DNA of 64,000 bases. It comes from a virus. Lineage: Duplodnaviria; Caudoviricetes. Location: IMG/VR virus record IMGVR_UViG_3300036803_000040, positions 1 through 64,000 of that record, one strand, 5' to 3'. The position numbers and the translations under genes are program-made. The stretch's first letter is position 1. Each line of letters begins with the position of its first letter. The notes beneath the pieces are model-generated. The model was not told where the DNA came from, searched no databases, and worked only from the letters and a program-made list of their open reading frames with translations. This document shows, piece by piece, positions 61,307 through 64,000 of this stretch.

Positions 61307-61321
61307 GATCAGGAAGTTATC
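61307..61321. promoter_or_regulatory. 15-bp box (reverse) GATCA-GGAA-GTTATC upstream of the Rpf-like gene
   Basis: Exact consensus; extra half site GATAAC at 61283. Confidence 0.65.
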
Positions 61322-61342
61322 AGGATCCCGGCGCGGATGACG

Positions 61343-62365
61343 CTAGACGACGGTGCCGCCGGCGAAGTTCGCCTTGTTCATCCTCAGCTGCGCGTTGCTC
61401 TTCGCCTGAGCTCGCAGCTTGACGCGCTGCTGCTTCGCCGCGGCCCTGCTCGCCGGCGTGCTCTTCGTCCGGCTCGCCTTGATCGTCGCCTGCTTGCTCG
61501 TGATCGGGCCCGGCGCGATCGCCCTGGCGTTCACGTTCCCGCGCAGCGCCGCGAGCGTCTGCCGGCCAATCACCCCGTCGACCTGCAGCCCGTGCTGCTT
61601 CTGATAGTTGGTCACCGCCGCCTGCGTCTGCGGCCCATACTTGCCGTCGGCGGGAATGTGCAGCTGGCGCTGCAGCGACTTCACCAGCGCCCCCTGCGAC
61701 CCCTGGCCCAGCACCCGCGGCGTCGACGTGCGCGAGCTCGAGCTCCGCGTGGAGTGCCGGCGCGACGTCGCCCGCGTGGCGCGCTTGCCGCCGGTCGTAT
61801 AGCCGAACTTGCCGCCCCCAGCTCGAGGATGCTTGCTCGGGTTCCACGTCTTGTAGCCGGCCGCGAGCTGCTTCTGCGCGGCCGCGGCCTGAGCTGCGCC
61901 GCGGACCTGCGACTGCTGCGGCGTCTCGAGCGGCGGATTGAACGCCTCGAGCATCATCCCGATCCCCTCACGGACCGGCGACGGCTTCGTCCCCGGATGC
62001 GGCGGCGGCTTGCCCAACGGCAGCGCGGCCGGCTGCCGAGCTCCCGGCACCGCGCCGGGCCCCGGCGCCTGCTGCGCCTGCTTCATCGCCGCGGCCGCTT
62101 CCCGCTTGCGCTCGAGCGCGTGCTGCGCCGGCGTGTCGAGCTTCACGTCCCCCACGGGCGCCTTGACGTGCGCGCCACCGCCCTCCGGGGCGATGATCGC
62201 ATGCGTCGGTGGCGTGCCGCCATGCGGGCGCACGACGCGCCCCACGACCGATTTCCCGCCCTTCACCGAGACGCGCACCCGATCGCTGCTCGTGAAATCC
62301 GAGTCCGGGAACTCCTGCGCCGGCGGCGGCGGAGCGAACCCCTCGAGCAGCATCGAGATGCCCAT
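61343..62365 (-). CDS. Putative head-associated protein with peptidoglycan-binding domain
   Basis: WNPSKHPRAGGGKF; LGQGSQGALVKSLQRQL...DGKYGPQT...YQKQHGLQVDGVIGRQTL. Confidence 0.75.
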   Translation of the reverse strand: MGISMLLEGFAPPPPAQEFPDSDFTSSDRVRVSVKGGKSVVGRVVRPHGGTPPTHAIIAPEGGGAHVKAPVGDVKLDTPAQHALERKREAAAAMKQAQQAPGPGAVPGARQPAALPLGKPPPHPGTKPSPVREGIGMMLEAFNPPLETPQQSQVRGAAQAAAAQKQLAAGYKTWNPSKHPRAGGGKFGYTTGGKRATRATSRRHSTRSSSSRTSTPRVLGQGSQGALVKSLQRQLHIPADGKYGPQTQAAVTNYQKQHGLQVDGVIGRQTLAALRGNVNARAIAPGPITSKQATIKASRTKSTPASRAAAKQQRVKLRAQAKSNAQLRMNKANFAGGTVV

Positions 62366-63180
62366 CAGCAGCCCTCGAGCAGCGCGCCGAGCGCCGACTC
62401 AGTGATCCGCCGAGCTCGAGCAGCCTTCTCGGCCGCGAGCTGCGCGTTCTGAAGCCTGTAGGCGTCCTGCACGACCTGACCGCGGTAGGCCGGATGCAAC
62501 GGGCCGATCTTCGTCGCGTTGCTGTGATGAACGTCCACCGTCGTGCCCGTCACCGGATCGCGCAGCCGCAGATACCCGTTGCGCTGCAGGCCCGACACGG
62601 CACGCAGCTGCGGCTTGCTGTAGCCCTCCACCTTGCCGTTGACGATGCTCGGCGTCCGATACTGCGCGACGTCGCCAACCTTGAAACCGCCGTGACGATC
62701 CTGCTGCGGCGCCGGCGTCGCCCCGAACTCAAGCCCGTCCTTCTGAGCTCGCCGGATCGCATCCTCGGTCGGCGGCTTGTACGGCTTCGCTGCCGGCGCG
62801 TTCGGATCCAGCTTGCGCCGGCGCGACGTCTCAAGGTCCGCCTGCGCGCGGCGCCGGTCAGTCATGCTCATCGGCGTTTCGCCTTGACTACGCCACGCGG
62901 GCGATCGCGGTTCCGGAGCCTTCCCCGTCGCCAGATCCACCACCCGCTGCGCCCCAGCCCGATCGATCGCCGGACGTCCCGGCCGAGCTCGCACCGCGCC
63001 CTGAACGGCCGACAGCAGCCGCTCCCGGTCGAACGACGTGCCGCCCTGCACCGTCGTGACCTGCGTCTTGCCGTGCATCACGTGCAGCTCGCCGGCCACC
63101 CACCGGCCATGCCAACCCCGCGGATGCTTCGCATCGCTGAACCCCTCGAGCAGCATCGTGATCGGCACGCCGGCCATCAT
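62365..63180 (-). CDS. Putative internal head protein
   Basis: MLLEGFSDAKHPRGWHGRW; SH3/KOW-like FKVGDVAQY. Confidence 0.6.
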   Translation of the reverse strand: MMAGVPITMLLEGFSDAKHPRGWHGRWVAGELHVMHGKTQVTTVQGGTSFDRERLLSAVQGAVRARPGRPAIDRAGAQRVVDLATGKAPEPRSPAWRSQGETPMSMTDRRRAQADLETSRRRKLDPNAPAAKPYKPPTEDAIRRAQKDGLEFGATPAPQQDRHGGFKVGDVAQYRTPSIVNGKVEGYSKPQLRAVSGLQRNGYLRLRDPVTGTTVDVHHSNATKIGPLHPAYRGQVVQDAYRLQNAQLAAEKAARARRITESALGALLEGC

Positions 63181-63280
63181 AAGCCGCGTCAGCTGCGAAA
63201 GCCGCGGGCCCAGACGCGGAGACGCCGCGCCCAAGAGCGCAGCATCTCCACCGCCATGTAGCTGATCGGGTCGACCCTCA

Positions 63281-63661
63281 TCAGTCGTAGCTCGCGTACT
63301 GAGCTGGCGTCTCGAACCGGTCGTGCAACGCAACCGCCCCGTAGAACCGAGAGCCGGTGATCTTCTCGACGGCCTGACCGAACCGGCTATCGCTCGTCGC
63401 GACATAAGCGCCGCCCATCATCGGGCCCACCCCGGCCGGCGGGCGCAGCGGCTTGTATTCGCCGTCGACTTCCACCGCCGGCACGACGCGCGCCACGCCG
63501 GGAACGTTGCCCTTGAGCAGCAACGCCGCGGGGCGCGTCTCGTCGGGCTCGAATGGCCCCTCGACGTTGACGAGCGTGAGCGAGTCCTTCTCGCTCGAGA
63601 CGCCACCGTTCGAGCAGTTGCCGATCCGCTTGTCCTCGAGTATCGACACGATCAGTCCCAT
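63281..63661 (-). CDS. Conserved phage hypothetical protein
   Basis: NCSNGGVSS...GPMMGGAYVATSDSRF...LHDRFE; GGAGG RBS. Confidence 0.7.
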   Translation of the reverse strand: MGLIVSILEDKRIGNCSNGGVSSEKDSLTLVNVEGPFEPDETRPAALLLKGNVPGVARVVPAVEVDGEYKPLRPPAGVGPMMGGAYVATSDSRFGQAVEKITGSRFYGAVALHDRFETPAQYASYD

Positions 63662-63663
63662 CT

Positions 63664-63951
63664 CTACACCTCCCAGCCGGCGAGTGCCGCCGCTTCGTCG
63701 TTGGTCAAGATCCGCACCGACTCGCGGCCGGTCAGGAACCCCGTCAGGTAGTCGCTCCCGATGCCGCACACCGGCTCGACCACGCCGGCGCTCCACCCCT
63801 CGATCGCGGCGCTCATCACGCTCCCGTCTCGCAGGTAGACCAGCAGCACGGGATCCTGCGGGTCCGTGCCGACGGTCACCTTGAGCCGTCTCCCGGCGTT
63901 CAGCGCGTCCCTCGCGCGCTGCACCGTCAGTCGATCGTTATCCGTACTCAC
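63664..63951 (-). CDS. Hypothetical protein
   Basis: GAGGAGG RBS, GTG start. Confidence 0.6.
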   Translation of the reverse strand: MSTDNDRLTVQRARDALNAGRRLKVTVGTDPQDPVLLVYLRDGSVMSAAIEGWSAGVVEPVCGIGSDYLTGFLTGRESVRILTNDEAAALAGWEV

Positions 63952-64000
63952 TGCTCAGCCCTCCTCTGTCGGGCAGCTCGCGCACCGTGCGCCCTGCTGC

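Larger units (their letters stand above)
1..64000 (-). mobile_element. Tailed phage genome segment (contractile tail), circularly permuted or incomplete
   Basis: Terminase, portal, protease, capsid, sheath, tube, tape measure, baseplate, lysis and replication genes all on the minus strand with ATGA/GTGA/TGATG overlaps; no host block seen. Confidence 0.95.

Noticed and set aside
135-63884. Numerous long plus-strand ORFs (e.g. 683..2065, 5881..7467, 46512..48368)
   Set aside because: Antisense shadows of high-GC minus-strand genes; Arg/Pro-rich with no motifs or RBS.
1-64000. CRISPR array or cas operon (prompted by the Cas4-like nuclease)
   Set aside because: No repeat-spacer array or other cas genes seen; the nuclease is paired with RecT.
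1-64000. Integrated prophage with att sites
   Set aside because: No integrase, host genes or att repeats seen in the window; lifestyle is undetermined.

Overview
The window is about 64 kb of a high-GC tailed phage genome with a contractile tail (myovirus type). Every credible gene is on the minus strand. Read right to left, the order is: putative internal head proteins, a secreted Rpf-like gene, prohead protease/scaffold, major capsid, two beta-helix depolymerase-like proteins, neck, sheath/tube, tape measure, PBSX/Xkd-like baseplate, tail fibre, lysis (M23-like, GH24, holin), RecT plus a Cas4-like nuclease, initiator plus DnaC-like loader, RusA, tRNA-Pro(UGG), Ku, many small accessory genes, a zincin/membrane cassette, lambda-GpA-type terminase, 15 small genes including an actinobacterial IHF, and a portal cut by the left edge. 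I saw no integrase, host housekeeping block or CRISPR array. The mIHF and Rpf styles suggest an actinobacterial host, possibly Thermoleophilia/Solirubrobacterales (inference). The most notable unexplained structure is two regulatory networks: a 15-bp GATAAC-N4-TGATC box at many gene starts, and a leaderless promoter class GGTAT-N17-TAGGCT. Other highlights are a moron-like Rpf, an IHF + GpA terminase + Ku end-processing trio, repeated LLE[G/A] putative maturation sites in head proteins, and a possible Acb2/Tad1-like sponge. All protein calls come from motif recognition by eye; no searches were run.
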